Source: Planctomycetota bacterium (GTDB lineage: Bacteria > Planctomycetota > UBA8108 > SXIK01). Taken from it: 64,000 bases of DNA. A program made the position numbers and the translations under genes. The stretch is taken from NCBI GenBank assembly GCA_965223265.1, contig OZ244999.1, positions 384,001-448,000 of the forward strand, written 5' to 3'. Within the stretch, counting starts at the first letter, position 1; each line of letters begins with the position of its first letter. Under the pieces are notes generated by a model. It was not told where the DNA came from, ran no database searches, and saw only the letters and a list, made by a program, of their open reading frames with translations. Positions 27,405 to 37,985 of the stretch are shown here, piece after piece.

Positions 27405-28751
27405 ATGCGAATTGTCATCGCTGGTGACGACGAAATCGCGTTTCGGCTGGCTGAGCAGCTCATGGACGACCACGCGATTTCTCTGGTGACCTCTGAGGAT
27501 GCCGGTCCGCGCGTGGAGCGTCTCGACGTCGACGTGTTGGTCGGCGCGATTACGGCGATCGATACGCACCGACGCGTCGAAGTCGATCGCTCCGATCTCT
27601 TCATCGCGTGTTCTGAGCACGACGAACACAACATTGTCGCTTGCGCGATCGCGAAACGCCTTGGCGCGAAGCAGGCCATTTGTTTCGTCGTACGGTCCGA
27701 TATCTACAGCGCCTCCGTTGGTTCCGAGTCACTTTCGGAATCGTTGGGAATCGACAGCGTCATTCGTCCCGCAGAGCAGTTGGCGCGGGAAATTCTTCGC
27801 ATCGTCGCAGTGCCGGGAGCGCTTGATGTCGAGGCTTTCGTCGGTGGCAAGGTGCGGCTCTTTCGCCATGTCGTCGAGGAGGGCGCTCCCATCACGAACA
27901 GTCTCCTGATGCATGTGGGGATTCCGTCCGAAGTCGTTCTCGTGATGGCCCGTCGCGGTGACGACATCTTCATCCCGAAGGGGAACACACAGTTTCGCCC
28001 TGGCGACAAAGTCACCGCTATGGGTGAGCCAGCTGCCATGAACCTCCTCCTCTTCAAGTACTTGAAGGCGGAGTCGGCAGCTAAGGAAGTCCATCGTGCG
28101 ACTGTCGTCGGTGGCGGCGAAGTCGGGCTCGGTGTCGCTCTGGGTTTGGAAGATGCCGGCTGGCAGGTCAAGGTGATCGAGAGCGACCGCCGTCGCTGCG
28201 AAGAGATCTCTCGAGTGTTGAATTCCCTGGTTCTTTTTGGCGACGGGAGCGATCTTCATCTGCTTGAGGAGGAAGATATCGGCGATAGTTCCGTATTGAT
28301 CTCGGTGACTTCGAACGACGAGAAGAATCTTCTCGTGTCGCTCCTGGCGAAGCAGCTTGGGGTGAGACGCATCGTCACGCGAGCGAGTCGTCAGTCGTAC
28401 GAGAGATTGTTCGAGCGAGTCGGTATTGATGTCATCCGTTCAGCGAGTGGAGCAGCGGTTCGAACGATCGTAAAGAGCATCGTCGAGAGTCACGCGGAGC
28501 TTCTCGCGGAGCTCGAACATGGCGACGCTATGGTGCTGGAAGTGGAGCTGCCGGAGACGTTCGAAGAACGTCCGATCTCAGATCTTTCGGTTCCCGAGTT
28601 CGTGATCATTGGCGCAATCTTGCGAGAAGAGGACGTCATAATTCCCAAAGGAAGCGATGTCATTCAGGCTAGTGACCGCCTTCTGGTGTTCTGCACGCGG
28701 GAATTTGAAGACGAAGCTAGAAACTTCTTCGTGCAACACGGGAGTCGCTGA
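27405..28751 (+). CDS. trkA: Trk potassium uptake NAD-binding subunit
   Basis: Two RCK_N/RCK_C repeats, VVGGGEVG, VTSNDEKNLL, adjacent to trkH. Confidence 0.92.
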   Translation: MRIVIAGDDEIAFRLAEQLMDDHAISLVTSEDAGPRVERLDVDVLVGAITAIDTHRRVEVDRSDLFIACSEHDEHNIVACAIAKRLGAKQAICFVVRSDIYSASVGSESLSESLGIDSVIRPAEQLAREILRIVAVPGALDVEAFVGGKVRLFRHVVEEGAPITNSLLMHVGIPSEVVLVMARRGDDIFIPKGNTQFRPGDKVTAMGEPAAMNLLLFKYLKAESAAKEVHRATVVGGGEVGLGVALGLEDAGWQVKVIESDRRRCEEISRVLNSLVLFGDGSDLHLLEEEDIGDSSVLISVTSNDEKNLLVSLLAKQLGVRRIVTRASRQSYERLFERVGIDVIRSASGAAVRTIVKSIVESHAELLAELEHGDAMVLEVELPETFEERPISDLSVPEFVIIGAILREEDVIIPKGSDVIQASDRLLVFCTREFEDEARNFFVQHGSR

Positions 28752-28753
28752 CG

Positions 28754-30235
28754 GTGCGCGTTTTCCTCGTCCTCGGTGTCATCGGGCATCTCCTGCGATT
28801 CTTCAGTTTTGCCTTTGTCGCACCGATCCTGCTGGCTCTGTTTGACGGGGATCACAAAGCGGTGTGGCATTTCGGCGTCGGCATGCTTCTCGCGATCGGC
28901 GGAAGCATGGCGCTGCGGCTGGGCTATCGCGACGTCCGGATTTTTCGCCGCAGCGAGGCGATGGGTGTAGTCGCCGGAACATGGCTGGTGGTGGCCCATT
29001 TCGCTGCCGTTCCATACTTTCTGGTCGGCATTTCCCCGGTCGATGCACTCTTTGAATCGATGTCTGGTTTTACGACCACCGGGGCGACGATTTTGGCTCA
29101 CTTCGAGTACACGCGCGCTTTCTTTCTCTGGCGCGCTATGACCCAATGGTTCGGTGGTTTGGGCGTGATTGCGTTGTTCGTTGTCGTTCTTCCGCGCCTC
29201 GGCATCGCGGGACGTCAGCTTTTTTTCGCCGAAGCATCGGATGCAGCTGGAGAGAACATCAGTCCACAGATCCGGGAATCGGCGCAGCGCCTTTGGATCC
29301 TGTATTCAACACTCACGCTCATCCAGCTGCTTCTTCTGATGGCGACAGGCCTGCCGCCGTACGAGTCACTCGTGCACAGCTTAACAACGATGAGTGCTGG
29401 TGGGTTCTCGCCGAACGGTGAGTCGTTCGGTGGTTATGCGAATCATGCCGCCGAGTGGGTGACCGTGATCTTCATGTTGCTTGCCGGAACGAGTTTTACC
29501 TTGCTGTGGAAGTTTTTCACTTCCAAACCGCTCGCGGCGGTGCGTGACGGCGAATTCCTTCTCTATCTCGGCGTCGCCGCGTTTGGGTCGTTGGCGATAG
29601 CGTTCGTACTTGCCTACGAGCAGAACGGTTTCCTTCCTGGATTTGACGAGTTGCGTCTCGCGACGTTCCAAGTTGCGAGCCTGATCTCGAGTACGGGGTT
29701 CGCTAGTACTGACTACAATGAGTGGAGCGACGTTGCCAAGGCTTTGCTCATCGGAATCATGGTCGTAGGAGGCTGCGCCGGGTCTGCCGCAGGTGGCCCG
29801 AAGGTGATCCGCTTGCTGCTCGTACTTAAACTTCTCAAGACCGAAATCACGAAGGTGTTACATCCTCGCGCCGTGCTTCCGATCCGGCACGGAACGCGCG
29901 TCATCCCTCCTGCCATTCTCCGCGCGGTGTTTTCTCTCTGGGTGATGTTCTTCGTTGGATATCTTGCGGTCGGACTTGTCCTCGTGCTCTTGGGTGGCGA
30001 ATTTGTCCCCAGCTTCACGGCGGCTCTGGCGTGTCTCGGGAACATCGGGCCGGGGTTTGGTGAGGTCGGCCCGATGGGGAATTTCTCAGGACTGCCGATT
30101 CTCGCGAAGCTCATTTTGACGTTTGCGATGTGGATCGGGAGACTGGAAATCGTCACGGTCTTGGCTCTTCTTCATCCACACGTGTGGAGAAATCTTCAAC
30201 TGAAAGAGCATGCGAGACCTCGCGTCTCGACATAG
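28754..30235 (+). CDS. trkH: Trk potassium uptake membrane subunit
   Basis: FESMSGFTTTGA, SAGGFS, SSTGF, GGCAGS.AGG.K, LGNIGPG, GRLEI. Confidence 0.95.
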   Translation: MRVFLVLGVIGHLLRFFSFAFVAPILLALFDGDHKAVWHFGVGMLLAIGGSMALRLGYRDVRIFRRSEAMGVVAGTWLVVAHFAAVPYFLVGISPVDALFESMSGFTTTGATILAHFEYTRAFFLWRAMTQWFGGLGVIALFVVVLPRLGIAGRQLFFAEASDAAGENISPQIRESAQRLWILYSTLTLIQLLLLMATGLPPYESLVHSLTTMSAGGFSPNGESFGGYANHAAEWVTVIFMLLAGTSFTLLWKFFTSKPLAAVRDGEFLLYLGVAAFGSLAIAFVLAYEQNGFLPGFDELRLATFQVASLISSTGFASTDYNEWSDVAKALLIGIMVVGGCAGSAAGGPKVIRLLLVLKLLKTEITKVLHPRAVLPIRHGTRVIPPAILRAVFSLWVMFFVGYLAVGLVLVLLGGEFVPSFTAALACLGNIGPGFGEVGPMGNFSGLPILAKLILTFAMWIGRLEIVTVLALLHPHVWRNLQLKEHARPRVST

Positions 30236-30316
30236 GGGAGCGAGTGTGTTTTCTGCCATCAGTCCCGCAGTGTTCGGGTAGACTTGTGGAAGTCCATCGC
30301 CGCGAACGGGGCTTAC

Positions 30317-30496
30317 CAGCCCGCCTGAAAAAGTTATTCGGCCGAAGAAACTGGCCTCTTCACGCCCAGACGGGTCACGTCAATAGTCGCCATCAGAATC
30401 GAAAAAAGAGGGCCCGAAGATTGCCTGCGTCTGCCGCGGCCGATCTGGACGCGAAGAGACCAGTTTTCGTCTCAAAGCACTTTTACAGGCAGGCTG
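30317..30496. mobile_element. Palindromic MITE (180 bp), diverged copy
   Basis: Interior nearly colinear with 7836-8014. Ends CAGCCCGCCTGAAAAA/TTTTACAGGCAGGCTG. Flanks TTAC/TTAG. Confidence 0.82.
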
Positions 30497-30660
30497 TTAG
30501 ATCAGATTTTGTCCCGTGCGTTCGTTCCCCAGCCGGCCCTCGATCGAGCGATCTTCGTGCAAATGTTCCTTGATGGCGGTAAAGTCGGCGGTCGCCTACC
30601 AAAGAAGCGTGACGCGTTCCGACTCGGAATGCCAGGAGATAGAGGAGCTGCCTTACTCGA

Positions 30661-32358
30661 ATGACTTCCGAACTGCCTGAGGGCGAATCCCTGCAGAATT
30701 CGGATCACGATTCGAACGGAAACTCGTCCGCGCCGAACGAAGAGCCATCGTCTCGTCGGGGCTTCGAGTTCGGTGCGGCATCGAGCATGGCATCCGACCG
30801 ATCCAACGCCGCTCCCGATCGTAGGAGACGCCGTCCGATCGCCACGTTGCTCTTGATCGCAGCGAATGTCGCGGTTCACGTTGGCGTCATAGGGAACCAC
30901 GGGCTTGAACAACATCAGCTCAGCGTCTGGGAGGGTGAGTACTACAGAATCTTCACGGCGACGTTCGTGCACGCGCATTGGGGACACCTGTTCGTCAACT
31001 GCTTCGGTCTCTATATCATCGGCAGCGTCGTCGAGCGGGTCTATGGCGCAAGACGATTCCTGCTGATCTACTTCGTCTCTGGTCTGGTAGGTGGACTCGC
31101 TTTCCAGGGTTTCTCCAAAGGGGTGATCGGTATTGGGGCATCCGGGGCGGTCTACGGGGTTTTCGGCGCGTTTTTGCCTCTGCGTTACGGGAAGCTCGAC
31201 GGCGACCGCGTCCGCCTGCGAATCGCTTTTTTCGTCGCGCTCATCTTGATACCGTGTGCCGATTGGCTCTTCGCACGCTGGATCGAGAGCGCCTGGCACC
31301 TGAAGGTGGCGCTTTCAGCTCACGCGGGAGGGTTCTTTTGCGGGGTCCTTCTCGGGTACGGGTTTTTGGTCCGCCGCGATGCAGCGCTGCGGACTCGATC
31401 GACACGAGTGTTGATCGCAACTTCCGTCGTGATCGTCGGTCTCGGCATCTACTCGTGCTTCTGGCCCGCTTGGAACCCGCTCTGGGCTAAGTGGCGCGCC
31501 ACCAAATCCGAGACCTTTGATGCGACGACGTTCGCTGGAGCCGTGCAAGGCGAAGACGGATCGCTTGAGCTCCTCATGTACGCGCTCCGTTTGCAGATTG
31601 CCGTCGCCATCAATGCTGACGACATGAACGCTGCCGGAGGAGCCGAGGAGTCTGCACCGAGCGTCGAGGAGATCGATGCTCGTTTTGAGCAGGTCGTGCG
31701 CACATGGGGAGAGTCGGGGCAGTACTATGGAGCAGATCACTACCGCGAGTTCGGCTATCTCTTGTACGACGAACTCATGGCTCGAGGGCGTGACGAGCTT
31801 GCAGCGACCTTGTTGGCTGACCTGATTGTCGCGGCGCGGACAAATCTTCGTGCTTCCCAGAGGGAATCTGCGGGCGACAGGACTCGGCTTCAGTACGCGC
31901 ATCACCTCAACGAGCTGGCGTGGTGCTTGGCTCTCAAACATGAGTCGCTTCAGGAGGCGCTGCAGCTGGCGACGACGGCGGTCGCGGCTGTGACGGCTGA
32001 AGAGACGGGATTCATGAACCGTCTTTTGGGTGGAGGCCGCGCTGCGAGTCCTCTGGAAGCCTCGATGTTCGTCAACACACTCGGATGGGTCGAATTTTTG
32101 ATCGCGGTCGACCCCCAAAGTGGACTCTCCGGCTCGGAGAGTGCGAAACTCCGCGAGGATGGCTTACGGCATCTACGCGAGGCGACGCACCTCTTTGAAA
32201 CGGGAGCCAACTTCCTGTACTTAGGGCTCGCTCACGCGATGCTCGGCGAAGCTGACGCTGCGATGCCTGCGCTCTCCGAAGCCGAGAGTCGGCGGGAGCA
32301 GCTGTCGCCCTATGAGCGGCGTTTGCTCGAAGATGCGCGGCACGGGATGGTGCCATAA
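30661..32358 (+). CDS. Rhomboid-family intramembrane serine protease with a C-terminal TPR-like region
   Basis: YYRIFTATFVHAHWGHLFVN, GASGAVYG catalytic Ser, AHAGG catalytic His, helical LNELAW/NTLGWV repeats. Confidence 0.88.
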   Translation: MTSELPEGESLQNSDHDSNGNSSAPNEEPSSRRGFEFGAASSMASDRSNAAPDRRRRRPIATLLLIAANVAVHVGVIGNHGLEQHQLSVWEGEYYRIFTATFVHAHWGHLFVNCFGLYIIGSVVERVYGARRFLLIYFVSGLVGGLAFQGFSKGVIGIGASGAVYGVFGAFLPLRYGKLDGDRVRLRIAFFVALILIPCADWLFARWIESAWHLKVALSAHAGGFFCGVLLGYGFLVRRDAALRTRSTRVLIATSVVIVGLGIYSCFWPAWNPLWAKWRATKSETFDATTFAGAVQGEDGSLELLMYALRLQIAVAINADDMNAAGGAEESAPSVEEIDARFEQVVRTWGESGQYYGADHYREFGYLLYDELMARGRDELAATLLADLIVAARTNLRASQRESAGDRTRLQYAHHLNELAWCLALKHESLQEALQLATTAVAAVTAEETGFMNRLLGGGRAASPLEASMFVNTLGWVEFLIAVDPQSGLSGSESAKLREDGLRHLREATHLFETGANFLYLGLAHAMLGEADAAMPALSEAESRREQLSPYERRLLEDARHGMVP

Positions 32359-32474
32359 ACGCGGCGGTCGAGTCTGCCGTCTCGCCGTCCTCGCGCGCGG
32401 GTGCCTGCTCTCGCGGGTACGTGGATCGAACGAGGGAGCGGATAGTCGAGGACCGCCACCCGCCCAACGCGGAC

Positions 32475-33302
32475 TCAAGTCGCGATCGCTTTGAACCGTT
32501 GGGTTTGCTCGGTGATCGCCACCTCAGTGGCGAGTCGTTCGATCGACGAAGCGCCGAAGAAGCCATCGACGTTGGTCGTGTTTTTGAGTACGTACTCCGC
32601 GTCCTCGGGTTCGCTGATCGGACCGCCGTGACACAGCACGATCACGTCGTCGCGTATCTCTTTTGCTGCGTCTGCCATCGCTTGGATCACGGCGGGACAC
32701 TGCTCAAGTGTCAGGGCGGTGGTCGCACCGATCGATCCCTTCGTCGTCAGTCCCATGTGAGGCACAAGGATGTCAGCGCCAGCTTCGGTCATCGCCGCCG
32801 CGTCCTCGGGTGAGAACACGTACGGAGCGGTGAGGAGATCCAGGGCGCGCGCCTTGCGAACCACTTCGACCTCAAGATTGTAGCCCATCCCCGTCTCTTC
32901 GAGGTTCTGCCGGAAGACACCGTCGAAGAGCCCGACCGTCGGAAAATTTTGGATGCCGGAAAAGCCGATGCGTTTCAGCTCAGGCAAAAAGATGTCCATG
33001 AGGCGGAACGGATCGGTCCCACAGACTCCAGCGAGGACTGGCGTATCTTTGACAACAGGGAGCACTTCTCGTGCCATGTCGACCACGATGGCGTTGGCAT
33101 CGCCGTAGGGCAAGAGCCCGGCCAACGAACCGCGACCGGCCATGCGGTAACGCCCCGAGTTGTAGATGATGATCAGGTCGACGCCACCCTTTTCGGCGAA
33201 TTTGGCTGTGATCCCTGTCCCGGCTCCAGCACCAAGGATCGCCTTTCCGGATGCGATCTGTTCCCGCAAGCGCCGCAGCACTTCTGATCGTGAGATAGCC
33301 AT
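32475..33302 (-). CDS. TIM-barrel protein (PEP hydrolase-like, homolog of the Tm-1 C-terminal domain)
   Basis: [51 protein letters not shown]. Confidence 0.9.
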   Translation of the reverse strand: MAISRSEVLRRLREQIASGKAILGAGAGTGITAKFAEKGGVDLIIIYNSGRYRMAGRGSLAGLLPYGDANAIVVDMAREVLPVVKDTPVLAGVCGTDPFRLMDIFLPELKRIGFSGIQNFPTVGLFDGVFRQNLEETGMGYNLEVEVVRKARALDLLTAPYVFSPEDAAAMTEAGADILVPHMGLTTKGSIGATTALTLEQCPAVIQAMADAAKEIRDDVIVLCHGGPISEPEDAEYVLKNTTNVDGFFGASSIERLATEVAITEQTQRFKAIAT

Positions 33303-33428
33303 GACTTCCGTCTCCTGACGTCTCCAGGTTGGTCTGTATCATTTTGATGGATCGCGCGGGAAGCCTTGGCGGTCGCTGGCGGAGAGGTTCCCGGCGAGAA
33401 GTGACCGCTCAGTTGGTCGCACTACGTT

Positions 33429-34655
33429 CTATGTCGGTCCGCGATCCTTCATCAGCTTCATGAGGAGATCTGCGCTCACGCGCGCGAACTCCTCGTCGTT
33501 GATCTCAGCGTCGATGGCTTCGAGGCGAATTCCTTCACGAAGGTTCTGTCGAATCGCATCGAAGCAAGCGTTGTCGGCGTCGTGATCACAAAAGACTCCC
33601 TCATCGCCCGAGATCGCACTGACGCCGCGCAGCGGCAGAACGACTGCCGCAGGTCCCGTCGACGCGTTGAGGCGTGTCGCAATGCGCTCGCCGATCGCAG
33701 CATTCTCCGCCGGCGTCGTGCGCATCAGCGTCACCGTCGGATTGTGTTTGTAGAACTTTCGAGTCGCGAATCGCTCGGGAACTGTGTCACTCGGCCCGAA
33801 GTTCACCATGTCGACGGCGCCCGTCGAGACGACCTGCGGTATGCCGTGCGTCGCCGCCACCGTGAGGCGCTCCGAGCCTGCGCTGAGGACGCCGCCAACA
33901 AGCTCGTCTGCAAGTTCCGTTGTCGTGACGTCCAGAACTCCCGCAATGTAGCCATCTTTGATGAGGCCCTCCATGGCGCGCCCGCCGGTGCCGGTCGCAT
34001 GAAAAACGATGACCTCGTACCCAGCATCTTCGAGCCGCGCCTTTGCTGACGTCACACAGGGGGTAGTGACGCCGAACATGGTTGCTGCCACGATCGGTTT
34101 GCCGCTGGTGGACGCCGGCGTCTTCGTCGTTGCCATGGCCGTGATGGCGACGGCTGCATTGGTCAAGATCCGTTCGGAGATGCGATTGATGCCGGCGATA
34201 TCAACCACCGAATACATCATCGTGATGTCGCGCGTATCGACGTAGGGCGCGGTGTTGCCAGACGCCAGGGTCGAAACCATGAGCTTCGGGAACCCGACCG
34301 GTAGCGCGCGCATCGCCTGAGTCGCCACCGTGGTGTTGGCTGACCCACCCGCCGCAAGGACGCCATCGATTTCGCCGCGGGCGCAAAGACCGGCCACGAT
34401 CGACTCTGCGCCCTGCGCCATGGTTTCGATGGCGGCACCGCGGTCGCCCTGTCGGCGAAGGGTGTCGAGCTCGGCGCCCCCCGCCTGGGCGACCTGTTTG
34501 CGGTCGGTGTCCGGTAAGAACGCCGGTTCGCCGAGAACACCGACGTCGACGATATGGGTCGATGCACCAAGACGCTCGACCAACGTTTTGAGGAATCCAA
34601 CCTCCTCGCCCTTTGTGTCCAGGCATCCCAGGATTGCGATGCAGCTTGCCATCAC
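33429..34655 (-). CDS. UPF0261/Tm-1-like ATP-binding domain protein
   Basis: LDTKGEE, LPVGFPKLMVST, TMFGVTTPCV, FHATGTGG, DMVNFG, HNPTVTLMRT. Confidence 0.9.
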   Translation of the reverse strand: MMASCIAILGCLDTKGEEVGFLKTLVERLGASTHIVDVGVLGEPAFLPDTDRKQVAQAGGAELDTLRRQGDRGAAIETMAQGAESIVAGLCARGEIDGVLAAGGSANTTVATQAMRALPVGFPKLMVSTLASGNTAPYVDTRDITMMYSVVDIAGINRISERILTNAAVAITAMATTKTPASTSGKPIVAATMFGVTTPCVTSAKARLEDAGYEVIVFHATGTGGRAMEGLIKDGYIAGVLDVTTTELADELVGGVLSAGSERLTVAATHGIPQVVSTGAVDMVNFGPSDTVPERFATRKFYKHNPTVTLMRTTPAENAAIGERIATRLNASTGPAAVVLPLRGVSAISGDEGVFCDHDADNACFDAIRQNLREGIRLEAIDAEINDEEFARVSADLLMKLMKDRGPT

Positions 34656-34970
34656 TTCGCCTCGACCATTCGACTCGCAGCTAAGGGGCTATTCAGCGCA
34701 CTCGTTTCCGCGCCACCCCGCGTTAACGAGGTGCTGCAACGCTTCTTCGCGCCGCCGATTAATCGCCAGCCGAGCACGTTCAAGTGACCAGAATACCAGA
34801 AGTGACGACGTCGCAAAACGGCGCTTCTTGGACGTCCAGGTGCGGTGCGTGGTTGGGCCGGCCACGAAAACTTGTGTGCTGGTGCGTCTTTGGGTACGCT
34901 CGTGCGCTCTGGTGACTCTCGCCGAGAGTCTGAGCCGCTATCTTCCACGTCGAGGCAACACGTCGAGTCC

Positions 34971-36065
34971 ATGGACCACCTGATTCCGCAAGCGTGGTTT
35001 GACGATATGAACCTGCCGCAGTTGATCGGCGTGGCCGTCGTCTCGATCATCGTTTTGGTCAAAGGTGCGGACTGGCTTGTCGAAGGCGCGGCGGGGCTGG
35101 CATACAGCTTCGGTGTGCCGAAGGTGATCGTTGGCGCGACGATCGTCTCTCTCGGGACGACGTGCCCGGAGGCCGCCGTCTCGGTTATGGGGGCGTTCGC
35201 GGGTAACTCCGGACTGGCGCTTGGCAATGCGGTGGGGTCAGTCATCGCCGACACCGGATTGATTTTCGGTGTCGGATGTCTTCTCACCAAGCTGCCGGCC
35301 GACCGCTTCGTGTTGCTGCGCCAGGGACGCGTGCAGTTTTTTTCTGGTCTGGTTCTGGCGGCGATCGCCTACGCGCTCTTTTGGCGTTTTGGGGATGAGG
35401 CCGCCATCTCGCGCCCTTTCGGCTTTTTGTTCCTCATCGCCCTTGTGGTCTATCTCTACCAAAGCATCAAGTGGGGGCGTGCACACGCTGCGGGGGAACC
35501 GTTTCAGGCGCCCGAAGAGTTCGAAGAGACCCTTCTTGGCCTGGAGGAGCGTGAGGCGAAGCCGGTTCAGCGTAACGTACTGCGGCTGATCACGAGCATC
35601 GTCGTTGGGCTGCTGATCGTACTGATTTCAGCGCGTACGGCTGTCTGCTCGGCAACGGTGTTGGCGGAGAAGGCGGGGATCCCGGACGCCGTGCTTTCGG
35701 CGACGCTGATTGCTTTTGGGACTTCGCTGCCTGAGCTGGTCGTCGCCGTCTCGTCGGTGCGAAAGGGGCATCCGGAGCTCTTGGTTGGCAACGTCATCGG
35801 CGCGGATATTCTGAACGTCTTGTTCGTCATCGGAGCAGCAGCTGTAGCGGCCCCACTGCCGATCGTCAGTCCGGAGTCGTCCTCGCCGTACGTTTTTCTG
35901 GTGTTTCAGTTGCCGACGATGCTTGCCGTCCTCGTCCTGTTTCGCATTTTCATTGCGAGGGCGATTCGCCGTGGCAGCTTCGAGCGCTGGTACGGGTGGC
36001 CGCCGGTGGCGATCTATGTCGCGTTCGTCGTCTTGCAGTACGCATTGGCGCGAGAAACGGCTTGA
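34971..36065 (+). CDS. Calcium/sodium antiporter (CaCA, YrbG-like)
   Basis: Two alpha repeats, GTTCPEA...GNAVGS and GTSLPEL...GNVIGA. Confidence 0.9.
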   Translation: MDHLIPQAWFDDMNLPQLIGVAVVSIIVLVKGADWLVEGAAGLAYSFGVPKVIVGATIVSLGTTCPEAAVSVMGAFAGNSGLALGNAVGSVIADTGLIFGVGCLLTKLPADRFVLLRQGRVQFFSGLVLAAIAYALFWRFGDEAAISRPFGFLFLIALVVYLYQSIKWGRAHAAGEPFQAPEEFEETLLGLEEREAKPVQRNVLRLITSIVVGLLIVLISARTAVCSATVLAEKAGIPDAVLSATLIAFGTSLPELVVAVSSVRKGHPELLVGNVIGADILNVLFVIGAAAVAAPLPIVSPESSSPYVFLVFQLPTMLAVLVLFRIFIARAIRRGSFERWYGWPPVAIYVAFVVLQYALARETA

Positions 36066-36251
36066 GTTCATGATGCCAACACCCGCACGAGTCGGCGCTC
36101 GGAATTCGACTTGCTCGAGCGGGGGAGTGCGAACTGAGAATCTCCAGCTGCGACGGCAGGCACATTGCGTGCTCGACTGCGCTACGCGTTTAGGTGAGTT
36201 CTCGGGCTTTGCGCACCAGGATCCGCTTGTCGCGCTTGCGGCGGGGAAGGG

Positions 36252-37901
36252 ATGAGCTCGTCTCCGTCTCCGCTCCTCGAGCTCGAGTGTCTCTGCAAGA
36301 GCTTTGCCGGAACCACCGCGCTCGACGACGTGACGCTGCATGTGGGTGCCGCAGAGGCACTCGGGATCGTCGGCGAAAACGGTGCTGGTAAGTCGACGCT
36401 GATCAAAATCCTGAGTGGCGTCCTCACGCCGGATCGTGGCGTCGTGAAGTGGCGCGGTGATCCGATTGTTGTTCGCAATCCGGCGGCCGCCAAGTCGCTT
36501 GGTATCGCCACCATTCATCAGGAACTGGCCTACTTTTCTAGACTCTCCGTCGCCGAGAATCTTCTCCTCGGCGAACCGTGGCCTCGGTACTGGTGGCGTG
36601 GAGTGAACTGGCGGCGGCTGCGCCAGCAGGGCGAAGACGTGTGCAGGAAGTTCGGGCTTGAGTTGGACGTGCGTCGACGGTTCGCCGATCTGAGCTCTGC
36701 TGCAAAGCAGGAGATCGCCATCGTGCGAGCGCTTTCGCGCCAAGCGCGACTTTTGATCTTGGATGAACCCACAGCGAGCCTGAGCGATGCGGAGGTGGAG
36801 CGGTTGGTCGAGCAACTTCAGGGTGCGCAGTCGCGCGGGGTTGCGCTCATCTATATCTCGCATCGACTCGAAGAGGTGAAACGTTTGAGCGATCGAATCG
36901 CCGTTCTTCGTGACGGCTCTCTCGTCGCGATGCACCGGAAAGCAGAGGTTACGACGGAGCGCTTGGTGCTTGATATGCTCGGTCGTTCGCGTTCGACTGA
37001 AGCTCGAAGCGAGCGTGGCGAAGCAGGCAGCGGGATGGAAGCGGGCGGCGAAGGTAGCGGCGATCGTCGCATGCGTGGTGCGGGGCGCCCATCTGGAGGG
37101 CTATGCGGCAGAGACGGAGGCGACAGCCTCGACGCGACGGGCGCCGGCGAGCGCTCGGCGGACGAGGCGCTACGCGTTGAGGGGTTGACCTGCGAGCCGT
37201 TCTTTCGGGGTGTTTCGTTTGACCTTCGCGCTGGCGAGATCCTCTCTCTCGCCGGACTCGTTGGCGCGGGTCGCTCCGAAGTGGCGCGGACGATCTTGGG
37301 GCTTTATCAAGCACAGTCGGGTCGCATGTGGCTGTTGAGACGTGCGTGGCGTCCACGAGATTGTGCCGACAGCCGCGCCCACGGTCTTGTGTATCTGCCT
37401 GAGGAGAGAAAACGTCAAGCGCTCGGGCTCGATCTGAGTCTGATGCACAATCTTTCGATAGGATATCTCGACCAGCTGAGTCGCTGCGGCTATTTGCCTC
37501 GGCGCACCGAGGAGCGCCTCGCGGACGCGGCGATCGCGCGTCACTCGATCCGCTGTCGAGACAGGAACCAAGTCGCCGGGACGTTGAGCGGTGGCAATCA
37601 ACAGAAGGCCGTGATCGCACGCTGTCTTGGAAGGGATCCGGGTGTCCTGCTTCTTGACGAGCCGACGCGTGGCGTTGATGTGGCCGCGAAGGCGGAAATC
37701 CATTCGACGGTGAGAGCGTTGGCGGCTGCCGGTAAGGCGGTGCTGCTGATCTCGAGCGATCTTCCTGAGGTCATCGCTCTCAGTGATCGCATCCTTGTCC
37801 TGCGCGAGGGCAACGTCGTCAAAGAGCTGCCTCCAAACGAACGTAGCGAGGAGAATCTATTGAAGGCCGCGTCGGGCCTGTCAGACAGTCGACACATCTA
37901 A
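36252..37901 (+). CDS. Sugar ABC transporter ATP-binding protein (CUT2, RbsA-like)
   Basis: GENGAGKS, ILDEPTASL, GLVGAGRSE, LSGGNQQK, DEPTRGVDV. Confidence 0.93.
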   Translation: MSSSPSPLLELECLCKSFAGTTALDDVTLHVGAAEALGIVGENGAGKSTLIKILSGVLTPDRGVVKWRGDPIVVRNPAAAKSLGIATIHQELAYFSRLSVAENLLLGEPWPRYWWRGVNWRRLRQQGEDVCRKFGLELDVRRRFADLSSAAKQEIAIVRALSRQARLLILDEPTASLSDAEVERLVEQLQGAQSRGVALIYISHRLEEVKRLSDRIAVLRDGSLVAMHRKAEVTTERLVLDMLGRSRSTEARSERGEAGSGMEAGGEGSGDRRMRGAGRPSGGLCGRDGGDSLDATGAGERSADEALRVEGLTCEPFFRGVSFDLRAGEILSLAGLVGAGRSEVARTILGLYQAQSGRMWLLRRAWRPRDCADSRAHGLVYLPEERKRQALGLDLSLMHNLSIGYLDQLSRCGYLPRRTEERLADAAIARHSIRCRDRNQVAGTLSGGNQQKAVIARCLGRDPGVLLLDEPTRGVDVAAKAEIHSTVRALAAAGKAVLLISSDLPEVIALSDRILVLREGNVVKELPPNERSEENLLKAASGLSDSRHI

Positions 37902-37985
37902 CCGGTTCGAGGAACCGCATCGATCGCACTCTTCTACACGGGGACAGAGAACGAAGCGTGACCGGTTCCGGCGCTTGTTGATCTT

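Noticed and set aside
35628-36935. 435-aa minus-strand ORF and many similar antisense ORFs
   Set aside because: They lie opposite well-supported genes and are typical of high-GC codon bias
36985-37170. Gly-rich insertion in the sugar ABC ATPase linker, containing GAGACGGAGGCG
   Set aside because: In frame, with no terminal repeats or TSD. Probably a variable interdomain linker, and the short match is expected by chance.
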